Below are positions 1 through 10,355 of a stretch of DNA of 64,000 bases, one piece after another. Both the position numbers and the translations under genes were made by a program. Each line of letters begins with the position of its first letter. Position 1 is the stretch's first letter. The stretch is from Octopus bimaculoides. Taxonomy: Eukaryota. The stretch lies in the NCBI RefSeq assembly GCF_001194135.2, contig NC_068985.1, positions 77,438,568 to 77,502,567 of the forward strand. The letters run 5' to 3'. Under the pieces are notes generated by a model. It had not been told where the DNA came from, did no database searches, and saw only the letters and a list, made by a program, of their open reading frames with translations.

Positions 1-61
1 TTGCCTCATCTCTCTCCACCAACAACACACAGCTCATCACAGCCCATAACACCACAGATAA

Positions 62-1840
62 CATATCAAATTTTGTTAGGAGATCAATGAGAATTGGAAT
101 ACAGAGTTAACTTCATGTGGAAAATTTTTGGCGAGGGTTAACATCAAGAGAGGCATATTTCAAGGAAGTAGCCTATCACCGTTGCTGTTTGTGATTTGTA
201 TGATACTACAGAAAGTGACATCGAGGTACATCTTGAAAAGTAGAGGAAAATTAAATCATCTGTTATATATGGATGACTTAAAAATCTTTGGGAAGACTGA
301 ACGTGAAATAAATGGCTTAATTTCGACAGTGCAGATATTCAGTAAGGATACTGGAATGGGATTTGGGATTATAAAGTGTGGTATGCTTATAATATAAAGA
401 GGCAAAGTAGTGTCGTCTGATGGTGTAGAGCTACTCAACAGCGAGAAAATCAAGGATATTGAGACTAATGGATATAAATATCTGGGAATTTTGGAATACG
501 GCAAAATCAAGGAAAGTGAAATGAAGGAAAGCTTTTGGTGAGAATATCTCAGAACCAAATTGATTATGGGAAGTGGGCTTAATGGGGAAAACAAGATTAG
601 AGTAATGAACATATGGACTGTTTCCTTAATACGATATGGCACAGGTGTTGTTAGGACAAAGACGAGCTTGAGAAAATGGACAAGAAAACCAGAAAAGTGA
701 TGACAATTAACAAGGAACTACACCCCAAAAGCGATACTGACAGGCTGTGTGTGCCTAGAAACAGGGGAGGAAGAGGCCTCATAGGGTGCAAGATCTGAGT
801 TGTCAGTCTGGGATGGTACATCAAACAGCAGAGTGAATCTTTGCTTGCCGCTGTTAGAATTAACAATACAGTACCTACCGAAAATGTGATGCACCCACAA
901 ACATTTAAGAAACAAGATAAAGAAGAAAGAGTAAACAATTGGACAATCAAATCACTGCGAAAGAAAAGACAAGACAGCATTTGGAGATGCCTAAGCAAAA
1001 GTGGTCTGAACGGATGCACTGAGGCATTGATATGCAGCACTCAAGAACAAGCTCTGAGAAATAATTACACCATGTTCCAAATAGATAAGAGTAGATAGAT
1101 ATGTGGCAGCAGAAACGAAACAATCTCACATATTGTGAGTGAGTGTAGCAAGCTGACTCAAAAGCACTACAAAAGGAGACACGATAATCTGACTAAATTC
1201 GTCCACTGAAGGCTATGTGAAAAGTACGGCCTGAATAGAACACGGAAATGGTACAAACACGAACCAGAAGGAGTTACTGAGAACAAGAAATATAAGATAC
1301 TGTGGGATTTTACAATCCAATGTGACTCCCTAATTGATGCTCGGAGACCAGATTTTGTTGTGGTAGGTTAAGGAAAAAGGAAACCAATATTATAGATATT
1401 GCAATATCTGGGGATGCACGCATAAGTGACAAAGAACTAGAAAAATCAGAAAAATACAGACCACTAAAAGATGAAATTGCAAGAATGTGGATTATGAGGA
1501 GAGTGTCTGTTATTCCAGTAGTTGTAGGAGCACTCGGAGCACTAACAACCAAGTTCGAGAAATATGTCAGGGAAATCGGAATTGACATGAGAGCAGAGCA
1601 AGCACAAAAAAAACTGCGCTACTAGAGACAGCTAGGATTTTGAGATTGGCACTTGAATGTGAAATGTCTCCCACGATAATTAACAACCAAGTATCAAAGC
1701 TTATAATGTACAGAAAGAGACCCTGTGAGACCTCTGACAGTAGGCTGGCGTCCGCTCTCACAGAAACTACCAGAACAAACAAATCCGAGCGTTTTGAGAA
1801 GTTAAACAACAACAACAACAATAATAATAACAATAATAAT
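62..1840 (+). mobile_element. 5'-truncated, decayed R4/Dong-clade non-LTR retrotransposon (RT + CCHC + restriction-like endonuclease)
   Basis: RT motifs RGIFQGSSLSPLLF and LNHLLYMDDLK at 128-397. Hand translation across frameshifts gives ETISHIVSEC..HDN (zinc knuckle region), KILWDFTIQCD..RRPDFVVV, IIDIAISGD, KYRPLKDEIARMW and PVVVGALG (RLE domain). A short 3' UTR ends in an (AAC)n(AAT)n tail. Many stops and frameshifts. Confidence 0.9.
1805..1840 (+). repeat. (AAC)n/(AAT)n trinucleotide tract at the 3' end of the R4/Dong element
   Basis: aacaacaacaacaacaataataataacaataataat directly follows the 3' UTR. Confidence 0.9.
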
Positions 1841-1984
1841 GATCATTGGGTGATTGTGACTATCACTGGTTTGATGAGGAAGCTGCATGGATGACAGGAG
1901 GGAAGTAGCGAACTTCGATGTGGGCCAATGGAACTGCAGATTCTTTGGTAGCATTAATGCTGTTCGGCAGTACTGGAAGGGGCA

Positions 1985-2460
1985 AAACTGTCGGAAGAGG
2001 CTGAAATCTATGTGATTTCCATTCGGCAGCTGATTAAGGACTTTCACCGCAGTGCAATCGTTATAATGTATGTATGTATGTATATGTATGCGTGTATGTA
2101 TGTCTGTATGTATGAGTGTATGTGTGTGTATGTATGCGTGAATATATGTGAGTGCGCGCGCGTGTATAAGCTGGTGTTGTTTGAAAGATTTAGCGTATAT
2201 TTCCTGGATCGGTAGCTTCTTATCCGACCTTACCATCATGGTATACGTTAACAGAGCTCTTTCCTGTCCACACTCTATCGACTCCGGTGTGCCCCAGCCT
2301 TCAGTTGTGCCACCCCTAATCTTTTCTGTACTACACATATCGGTGGTCTACATGCTATCACATCCAACATTGCCTACTCTTGTAGACGGTACTATCCTTC
2401 ATTTCCCCTAAAGTTACAGAACCAGGTGTCATCTATATGCCACCTAGACACCACACACCA
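1985..2460 (+). mobile_element. Decayed CR1/L2-type LINE reverse transcriptase fragment split by a microsatellite
   Basis: ORF 2148-2411 reads WIGSFLSDLTIMVYVN..SGVPQPSVVPPLIF, matching the W..SFL..R..V / GVPQGSVL.PLLF RT pattern. Upstream ISIRQLIKDFHRS resembles LDISKAFDRV. Confidence 0.55.
2066..2165. repeat. Compound (ATGT)n/(GT)n microsatellite
   Basis: Direct reading of the sequence. Confidence 0.9.
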
Positions 2461-2721
2461 AACCTACTACACATCACCGAGACCTTGAAAGTGTCCTCCA
2501 GTAAAGGACATAATTTTATCCCCATAAACTACAAAAGCAAAATAGATATATAAATAATCAAATAAATTAAAATGAAAAATAATTAAATAAAAACAAAAGC
2601 ACTATTCGTGTCAAGAAAACATCAAGGCATCTCACTGCCTGCGAACATAACTAGCACATTACAAGAGCCCTTACAATCGCACCAAAACTTTGGCCTCAAC
2701 GTCAACGATTTTTACATGAAA

Positions 2722-2898
2722 GCGCAGGCATGACTGTGTGGTAAGAAGCTTGCTTTCCAACTACATGGTTCCGGGTTCAGTCCCACTGCGTGATACCTTG
2801 GTCGAGTGTCTTCTATTACGACTTCGGGCTGATCAAAGCCTTGTGAGTAGATTTGGTAGACAGAAACTGAAAGAAGCCCGTCATATCTATCTATCTGT

Positions 2899-2934
<36 letters not shown>

Positions 2935-3150
2935 GTGTGTGTGTGTGTGTCTTTGTGTCTATGTTTGTCCCCAACCATTGCTGGATAAGCGGTGTTGGTG
3001 TGTTTACGTACCCGTAACTTGGCGGTTCAGTTAAAGAGACCGATAAAATAAGAACCAGGCTTAAAAAAATTAAGTCCTGAGGTCGATTTGTTCGACTAAA
3101 ACCCTTAAAGGCAGGTCCCCCAGCATGACCGCAGTCAAATGTAAAAGATA
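2722..3150 (+). mobile_element. tRNA-derived SINE, family A, with internal (ATCT)n(GT)n
   Basis: A-box-like TGACTGTGTGG and B-box-like GGTTCAGTCCC; body ..aagccttgtgagtagatttggtagacagaaactgaaagaagcccgtc; tail cagcatgaccgcagtcaaatg. Homologous copies at 13.2, 16.4, 33.8, 38.5, 45.5 and 59.7 kb. Confidence 0.85.
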
Positions 3151-3734
3151 AAAGATGGCTAGGACTGCATCCCCCAAATCACTCTTGTCTTTAGGTTTAA
3201 AAAATATTCCAACAACCAGCACTCTACAGCTGAAATGAATCCCCCAACGGAGTATTGATAATTTCTTTTGCCTAATAAACACGCATACAATATATTCGTT
3301 CCTCACTCGTTCCTTATTTTATCTTATGTCCACTGTCTGGAAATCTTTCTTTACACATCTGTGACCTCTTCAGCAACTCTTCCATCCATATGTTCCTTCC
3401 TGTTCTGTTCAGTCCAGTGTGTGTATGTGCGCGCGCGCACGCACTCAGACACACACACACACACACACACACACACCATACGCACACACACATTCAATAT
3501 ATAAATCAACTTCAGTACTTAACTGGTTGGCACTTAATTTTATCGTCTCTGGCAGTATAAAAAACAAAGCTGGCCTTGACGGGATTTGCACTCGGAACGT
3601 AAAAGGATATAATTAAACGCCGAAGAAATGGCTATATCTAAAACTGAAAGAAATGCTACGAATAATTTTGTCCGGCATGCTAACTATCTTACCAACTCAC
3701 CACTTCCCTCCTTGGTGTAATGAAAACAATTTCT

Positions 3735-4412
3735 TGCACTATTACACAAAGCCTGATGGGTGATGTATAGACATACCGGGCCAAATGCCTAACAGCATTT
3801 CATCCGTCTTCACGTTCTGAATTCAAATTCCGTCAAGGTCAACTTTGCCTTCTTCTGGTTCGAGGTCGATAAAAAGAGTACCAGATGAGCACTGAAGTCG
3901 ATTTAATCCTCAGAACTTACTGAACTTGTTCCAAAACTTGAAATCAATATTTCTCAACTTTAAGACGGTGAACTGACAAAATCGTTAACACGCCGGGCAA
4001 AATGCTTAGCGGCAATTCGTCAGTCTTTACGTTCTGAATTCAAATTCCGCGGAGATTGACTTTGCCTTTCATTCTTTCGGAGTCAATAAAGTAAGTACCA
4101 GTTCAACGCTACCCCTGGGGTCGATCTAATCTACTTACCCCATCCCCCGAAATTGCTGGTCTTATGCCAAAATTTGAAACCAATATTTTCAAGGCGGTGA
4201 GCTGACAGAATCGTCAGCACCCAGAGTAAAATACTTAGTGGCATTTCGTCCGACTTTACGTTCTGAGTTTGAATTCCATCGAGGTTGACTTTGCCTTTCA
4301 TCTTTTCAGGGTCGGTAAAATAAGTACCAATTGAGCCTTGGGGTCGATATGTAATCGATTTACCTCTTCCACGAAATTGCTGGTCTTGTGCCAAAATTTG
4401 AAACCAATATTT
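3735..4412 (+). mobile_element. Three head-to-tail tRNA-derived SINEs, family B
   Basis: Repeated unit gg(c/t)gagctg(g/a)cagaatcg..acgttctga(g/a)ttcaaattcc..gactttgcctttcatc..gtcgataaaa..agtacc..ggggtcgat..gtgccaaaatttgaaaccaat at about 3735, 3960 and 4190. Confidence 0.9.
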
Positions 4413-4602
4413 CACAAGTTAATTTAATATCTCAACTCCAGAGTGACGAAAGGTGCCTCCCCACAAAAAACACAACCTCACCACCTCCACCTCCACCCAA
4501 AAAGAAAAAAACGAAATAAAATTTAGAAGGCACATTTAAAGAAGAAGTGGAACATCATATTATACATAGTACTTGATTAGTATTTTACATTACTGAATAA
4601 TT

Positions 4603-5851
4603 TCTTATATAGGCACAAGGTCAGCATTTTAGTGGTGGGGTTAATCGATTAAATCGAACCGAGTATTTGAGTGGAACTTAATTTTAAACTTAGTTTCTAA
4701 TTTAGATAAAGGCTATAAATTTTGTGGGAGAAGTTCGTCGAATACAAAGATAACAGTTCGTCTGTCTTTACGTTCTGAGTTCAAATTCCGCCGAGGTCGA
4801 CTTTGCCTTTCATCCTTCCGGGGGTCGATAAATTAAGAAAATTAAGTACCAGTTGTGCACTGGGGTCGATGTAATCGACTGCCCCCACCTCCCTCAAAAT
4901 TTCGGGTCTTGTGCCTAGAGTAGAAAAGAATAGAGTAGAAAAGAATACAAAGATAACAGTACTTGACTGGCACTTTATTTTATCGACCCTGAAGGATGAA
5001 AGGCAAAGTTGAAATAACAAGCATATAACAACGTTGTCAACCCATCACCCATAATTTTTAACACAGCACTAAGCGACCGCATTGACCTTAGTACTTTACT
5101 GGTGCTTTTTTAAAAAATTGACCCGAGAGAGATTTGAACTCAGAACGTAGAGCAGCGCATCTTATTACTGCGAGGCATTTCGTCTAATAATAGTTGTTTC
5201 AAACTTTGGCACAAGGCCAACAATTTTGTGGGAGGGATTAAGTCGATTATATTGAACCCAGGGCTCAACTGGTACTTATTTTATTGACCTCGAAAGGATG
5301 AAAGGTAAAGTCGATCTCGGCAGAATTTGAACTTAAAATGTAAAGACAGACAAAATGCTGCTAAGCATTTTTCCAGGTGCAGTAACGTGTTGGCCTTCTC
5401 GGCCGCCTTATTTCGTCAAAAAAATAATAGAAATATTGGTTTCAAATTTTGGCACAAGGCCAGCAAGTTCATGGGAGAGGCTAAGACGATTACGGCGACC
5501 CATGTTTAACTGGAGCTCCAAAGGATGAAATGCAAAGTAAACTTCAACAGAATTTGAACTCAGAACGTACAGACGTGCAAAATGCTGCTAAGCGTTCTTG
5601 CTCGGCGTGGTAACGAATCTGCCAGAGCGGCCACCGTATTTCCTCCAGTCTTAGAAATAGTTCTTATTTTAGCTACAAGCTATTTTGAGGTGAGTGGGCC
5701 AGTCGGTTACACTGAGTCCAGTACTTGACTGGTATTTTATTTCACCGAACCCGAAAGAATGAAAAGTAAAGTTGACCTCAGCGAGGTTTGAACTCAGAAC
5801 GTAAACGGCCGTGCCTAAATGCAGCAAGACATTTCTTCCGATACTCTAACG
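4603..5851 (-). mobile_element. Run of about five minus-strand family B SINE copies; the last is interrupted by a hAT MITE and resumes at 6477-6500
   Basis: Repeated ggcacaaggc..gtcgat..cagtac..tttat..gaaaggatgaaag..aaagt..ac..gaatttgaactcagaacgta, the reverse complement of the family B unit. Confidence 0.85.
4758..4942 (+). mobile_element. 5'-truncated family B SINE inserted into an older antisense copy, 18-bp TSD
   Basis: gaatacaaagataacagt at both 4740-4757 and 4943-4960; tail (tagagtagaaaagaa)x2. Confidence 0.85.
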
Positions 5852-6468
5852 CAGCGGTTCTCAACCGGGATCCATATGGCTTCTCGGGAGTTCATAAGAT
5901 TTTGTTAAAATTTATCTTTTGACAAATTAAATTTAAATGTTAAAGTGAATCTAACGGTTTTTGTGTTATTTTAAATGGCTTATAAACACCTTCCACGCTG
6001 TAATAAATTGGTTATACTTCTACAGTCACAAAAATATTTTAACAATTCCTAATGATATTTAATTATAGGAATATAAAAAGATCTTTTAAACATCGAATGG
6101 CTAAGAGAGTAATGGAAATGGTAAAAACCCCTTCGTTCATGCATGACCAAGGGATTGCCCCTAGAAAGTTACCCTCCGAGGCACAAGTCCGGGCAAAGTT
6201 GTTTATGGAAGATCAGCAGTCGCCCACTTGTCCATGTCACCGGTATTATCCAAGGGAAAGGCAAAGGCCGATACAGCTTGGAACCAATGACGTCGAAACT
6301 CATTTCTACAGCTGAGTGAACAAGAGCAACGTAAAATAAAGAACACAACACGATCCGAGAATCGAACTCTCTACCTCGTGATTGTAAGCCCGGCGCTTTA
6401 ACTACTGAGCCATCAAGTAAAATAGGAATCAGAGGGGTCCATAGGTAAAAATTAGTTGAGAAACACTG
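5852..6468. mobile_element. Non-autonomous hAT (Charlie-type) element
   Basis: Termini cagcggttctcaac (5852) and gttgagaaacactg (6468). Flanking 8-mers ctctaacg and gtctaatg match at 6/8 and resemble the Charlie NTCTAGAN target. The host SINE continues on both sides. Confidence 0.8.
6112..6417 (-). mobile_element. tRNA-derived SINE with a CORE-like central segment, nested in the hAT element
   Basis: Minus strand reads gatggctcagtagttaaagcgccgggcttacaatcacgaggtagagagttcgattctc (tRNA-like A/B boxes), then ttgctcttgttcactcagctgtagaaatgagt. Confidence 0.75.
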
Positions 6469-7189
6469 GTCTAATGTTTCTGCCAATCCATCACCATCAT
6501 GAAAAGCCATAGATTTATAGGCGAGATTTTTATTGTTGCAGTCATTGTAATTCCAAAATTGATAAGCGTTTTGGTCGTCGCTATTTTAAGGAGATATTAC
6601 CTCTACAATATTCCGACTATTTGTATATCAAAGACTAAATTATCTGTCCTTCCTTATTTTAAAACATTAATGTGATTGATTTAAGGGCGATTTGGCTGCT
6701 ATTTCAGTTGGACGAGTGATCATATAGGGGCTTCCTCTTTAGCTTCTATTGATGGGTAAAGTGATGTTATTAGGAACGGGAGCGAAAAAGTAATTACCTC
6801 ATCCAAATATCGAAACCGGCTCGTATTTCAAGGTGGGGGTACCTTATAAATGCTGAGCTCTGTTGTAAGGACATTTTCTTTTGACTAGAAAGCAGGGGCA
6901 ATATTTGAAAAGGCAAATATATCAATTAATTTTTCTTCAAGAATATTATTTACATAATTAGAATGAAATGTCTTTAACGAAAAACATAAACTGGTGCTTT
7001 GCAGATGCGTTTCGCCGGATATCAGCTTACTGTACTGTTTAAAGATACTCAGACCTATCGCCACTGTCTTCGCATCTCAATGTAATTAATAATAATAAAT
7101 AGCAGTAATCCACTTTTAGCAGTTTAGCAGTCCTGTCACTTGTCACTCCTCCTACCATCATCATAGAATCTACTCTTACTTCACTCATG

Positions 7190-7245
7190 TGGAGGGTGCT
7201 CCAAGAAACCGGAAGTTACCTACTAAGAACATGGCGGATGTATGT
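7190..7245 (+). promoter_or_regulatory. Candidate TATA-less housekeeping-type promoter / first exon
   Basis: ETS/GABP-type ACCGGAAGT at 7208-7216, YY1-type AACATGGCGG at 7228-7237 overlapping ATG GCG GAT, followed at once by a GTATGT donor-like site at 7240. Locally CpG-rich and apparently unique sequence. Confidence 0.5.
7231..7239 (+). CDS. Possible first coding micro-segment (Met-Ala-Asp) of an unidentified gene
   Basis: aacATGGCGGAT|gtatgt: good Kozak context plus a donor. No downstream exon is proven. Confidence 0.25.
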
Positions 7246-8128
7246 AGGATTTAAGAGGAGAGTGTGTCGCGTTATCTTGCCATGCACGGCTTGTATATAG
7301 GCCAATGGATTTACATACCACTTACTATTATTAAAGGTAAGAATACAAAAGTCTTTTTTTTGGTTTGATTCTCGTGTCGTTCGCCTTTTGTTTACAATTT
7401 AGATTGCGTCGAAAAGTGCAGCGCATGTCAACCCCCTGGAAATCCCCCTTTTCTGCGTCCCTCTCTCAGAGAGAACATTTTGAAGTGCTGATGCTTATGG
7501 AATAATAAGGATCCCTTCTTTTGCACATCGGCCATCCTATAATTACATATCTATCCATTCTTTCTCTCATGTTTGTCTTTCTTTCTTGTATACATACATA
7601 TATATATGTGTGTGTGTGTAAATTTTTTACGCTCATACAAAGGATACTTGCTTCGTAATTTCTCTTTAATATATATACATGTATATAGTCACACTTACAC
7701 TATACGCTTTAATTATGAGCTTGTAATGAGATGAAAATAGACACCACATGCAAACGATATATGATACATATATATTACACGCGCACTTATCTATTTCATT
7801 CATTCCTATAAATTTTCAGATTGACGGATAATTAAAAAAAATGTCACTTGTAGTCTCTATTATAGTTTTTTTTACTTCATTATATGTATCTCAACTGAAG
7901 ATTTTTCTTTGAATCCTTGAGTTTCTTTTTATTAATAATGATAAAAAAAAAACTGTTTCATATTAATGGTATTCAGTTCTGTATATTTTATTATTCTTTC
8001 AAGTTGTTAGATATGTCTGTAATAAATTAACCATTTGCATTGTAATTAACTATTGTTATCAGAGAGAAAAGAGATTTATTAAAAAAATCAGCAGAATATA
8101 TTACTATGATACATTCAGATACGCTCAC

Positions 8129-8201
<73 letters not shown>

Positions 8202-8282
8202 ATGTAATGTAACATACAGTTGCGAGTAATCGACTTGGTGCGTAGTGTCGAATTCTATAAATCAGCTATATATTTCGATGTT

Positions 8283-8336
<54 letters not shown>

Positions 8337-9416
8337 ATATAGGTCTAAGTATCTGTTTATACTGAATAGTATGGATGTGATTAACTAGACAAGATACCTA
8401 ATTTTATATAAAATTTACTTGGGAGAGGAGATAATGGATTTTTGTTTTTGCATATCTATTTGGTTTTTCTATATAAAATCGATTGTCTGTTCTATAGTAG
8501 TACTAAGATAGTAGATAGTAATAGAGATCCTGATCATGGTAGCTATAAGCGGCAGTGAAGAATCCTTCAGAGTGAAAAATATTAGAGAAATGGCTGGGTG
8601 GTGATGGTAGTGCTTATCTTGGAGATCTGTAATCTATAATACAGATCTACTTAAAGATTCACACCCAGTTTAGGATTTTCTCTTCGTAATGTTTGGTATT
8701 CTTAGAGAAAATAGGTGTCTCGTTGGTAGTTTGTATGTGTTAGAACTATTGCACACACACACCGAATGTATGGAGTGTGTGAATACTATTATGTTTAGGA
8801 ATATATTGTCTAAGTGTGTGTGTGTGTGTGTGTAATACACGCACATACATTTAGTTTTATAAATGTATTTATTGATGGATATACGTATATGTGTTTTACA
8901 CATACACACATAAAAGACTTGTATGCATATATATTTACCTACATAGATATAACACGTATGCACACACACACACACCCACATTATATATAATGTATTGAGA
9001 GGAAGATCAAAAGGATAAGCGTTATCAATAATAGATGATAATTATTAATAATAATATTATTTATAATGATTTCATTCATAATAATAATGTCTTCAATATT
9101 ACAAAAAACATTGGCGAAAATGAAAGGAAGGACTTTCGCGAAATTAAGTGGCGAGTTAAATTCTACCGTTTCAAGCTAGGTGGAGTAAGGAAACATTCTT
9201 ACAAGGCTGGGCCGAATAGAAGTACTTAATGCTTTAAATATAAAATATTTTCGAAAAATCTTTGTTTCAAGTAATCTTTGAAATAATTTTAAGCCGACAC
9301 GCTACTCTTGATGTTATATTTTGTGCGTGCATATGTATGTATGTGGTGTGTGTGTATAACCTCTATATTTTTTAGATGTGTAACAAGCACTCATACATAC
9401 ATATATATGTGAACCC

Positions 9417-9647
9417 GGTACTACTAAAGCAGCACGGTCCCGAACGCGCAGTCACGCGTCCGCGCTAGCTAGTCGTGAGTGGTCGATCCTAACCCTAACC
9501 CTAACCTTAACCCTAAACATGTATTCATTTACACACGCGGGTTAGGGACAGGGTTAGGGACAGGGTCAGGGTTAGGATCGACCACTCACGACTAGCTAGC
9601 GCGGACGCGCGACTGCGCGTTTGGGACCGTGCTGCTTTAGTGGTACC
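9417..9647. mobile_element. 231-bp Merlin-like fold-back MITE with telomere-type repeats
   Basis: 80-bp TIRs (9417-9496 and 9568-9647, 3 mismatches) starting GGTAC. Perfect 9-bp TSD tgtgaaccc at 9408-9416 and 9648-9656. Inner (CCCTAA)n and GGGTTAGGG tracts. Confidence 0.85.
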
Positions 9648-10017
9648 TGTGAACCCTATATATTTCCACACATGAGCACATACAAGCACACACTAAAAAA
9701 AAAAAAGAAATTGTTTGAACTGAAGAAATAAAACTCTTATGTGTGTGTATGTCTGGCATAAATACACGCACACATGTTCCATGCATGTGTGTGAACAAGC
9801 GAAAGGAAGTATCACTCGACACATTTGGTTGGAGTTAGATGCATTTAATAACGAAACTTTTGTCATGTGGAGCTGAGTCAAACTCTTATGTGTGTGTGTG
9901 CATGCACGATTGTAAGTGGGTATGTCCGCACAGGAGTATGAATGTACATATATACGTATGCATATACACACACGTATGTATGTATGTGTATGATAAAGGT
10001 AGTTCGGATAAATCCCT

Positions 10018-10061
<44 letters not shown>

Positions 10062-10071
10062 NNNNNNNNNN
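10062..10071. other. Assembly gap (10 N) next to an (AT)n tract
   Basis: Run of N. Confidence 1.
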
Positions 10072-10207
10072 TCATTCCAGTTATGAATGCTTAATAATTG
10101 AATGCCGTGAGTTAAAATCAAGTTTTTTTTTTCAACATTTGTCTATTTATTAGCGAATCTCATATAATTTTTTTTTTTTTTTTAAATCTTGGAATTAAGT
10201 GGTTTTG

Positions 10208-10355
10208 ATTTGTGCGTGCATATGTATGTATGTGGTGTGTGTGTGTATAACTTATGCGTTACCCTCTATATTTTTTAGATGTGTAACATGCATTCGTACA
10301 TACATATACATGTGAACCTTATTTGTTTCCACACGAGCATGTACAAGCACACACA
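10208..10355 (+). repeat. Diverged local duplicate of the MITE-flanking sequence (empty site)
   Basis: tttgtgcgtgcatatgtatgtatgtggtgtg..tctatattttttagatgtgtaaca..atgtgaacc..tttccacac..gagca..tacaagcacacac matches 9318-9416 plus 9657-9693 with no insert. Confidence 0.85.

Noticed and set aside
3735-5851. Regularly spaced repeats resembling a CRISPR array
   Set aside because: The units are about 220-bp diverged SINE copies in a eukaryotic context, with no constant short repeat and unique spacers.
7003-7025. Minus-strand CTGATATCCGGCGAAACGCATC near-hammerhead
   Set aside because: The core is wrong (CTGATAT) and stem I cannot pair.
9488-9576. Telomere or chromosome-fusion scar
   Set aside because: The repeats are short, lie inside TIRs bounded by a TSD, and an empty site exists nearby, so they are part of a MITE.
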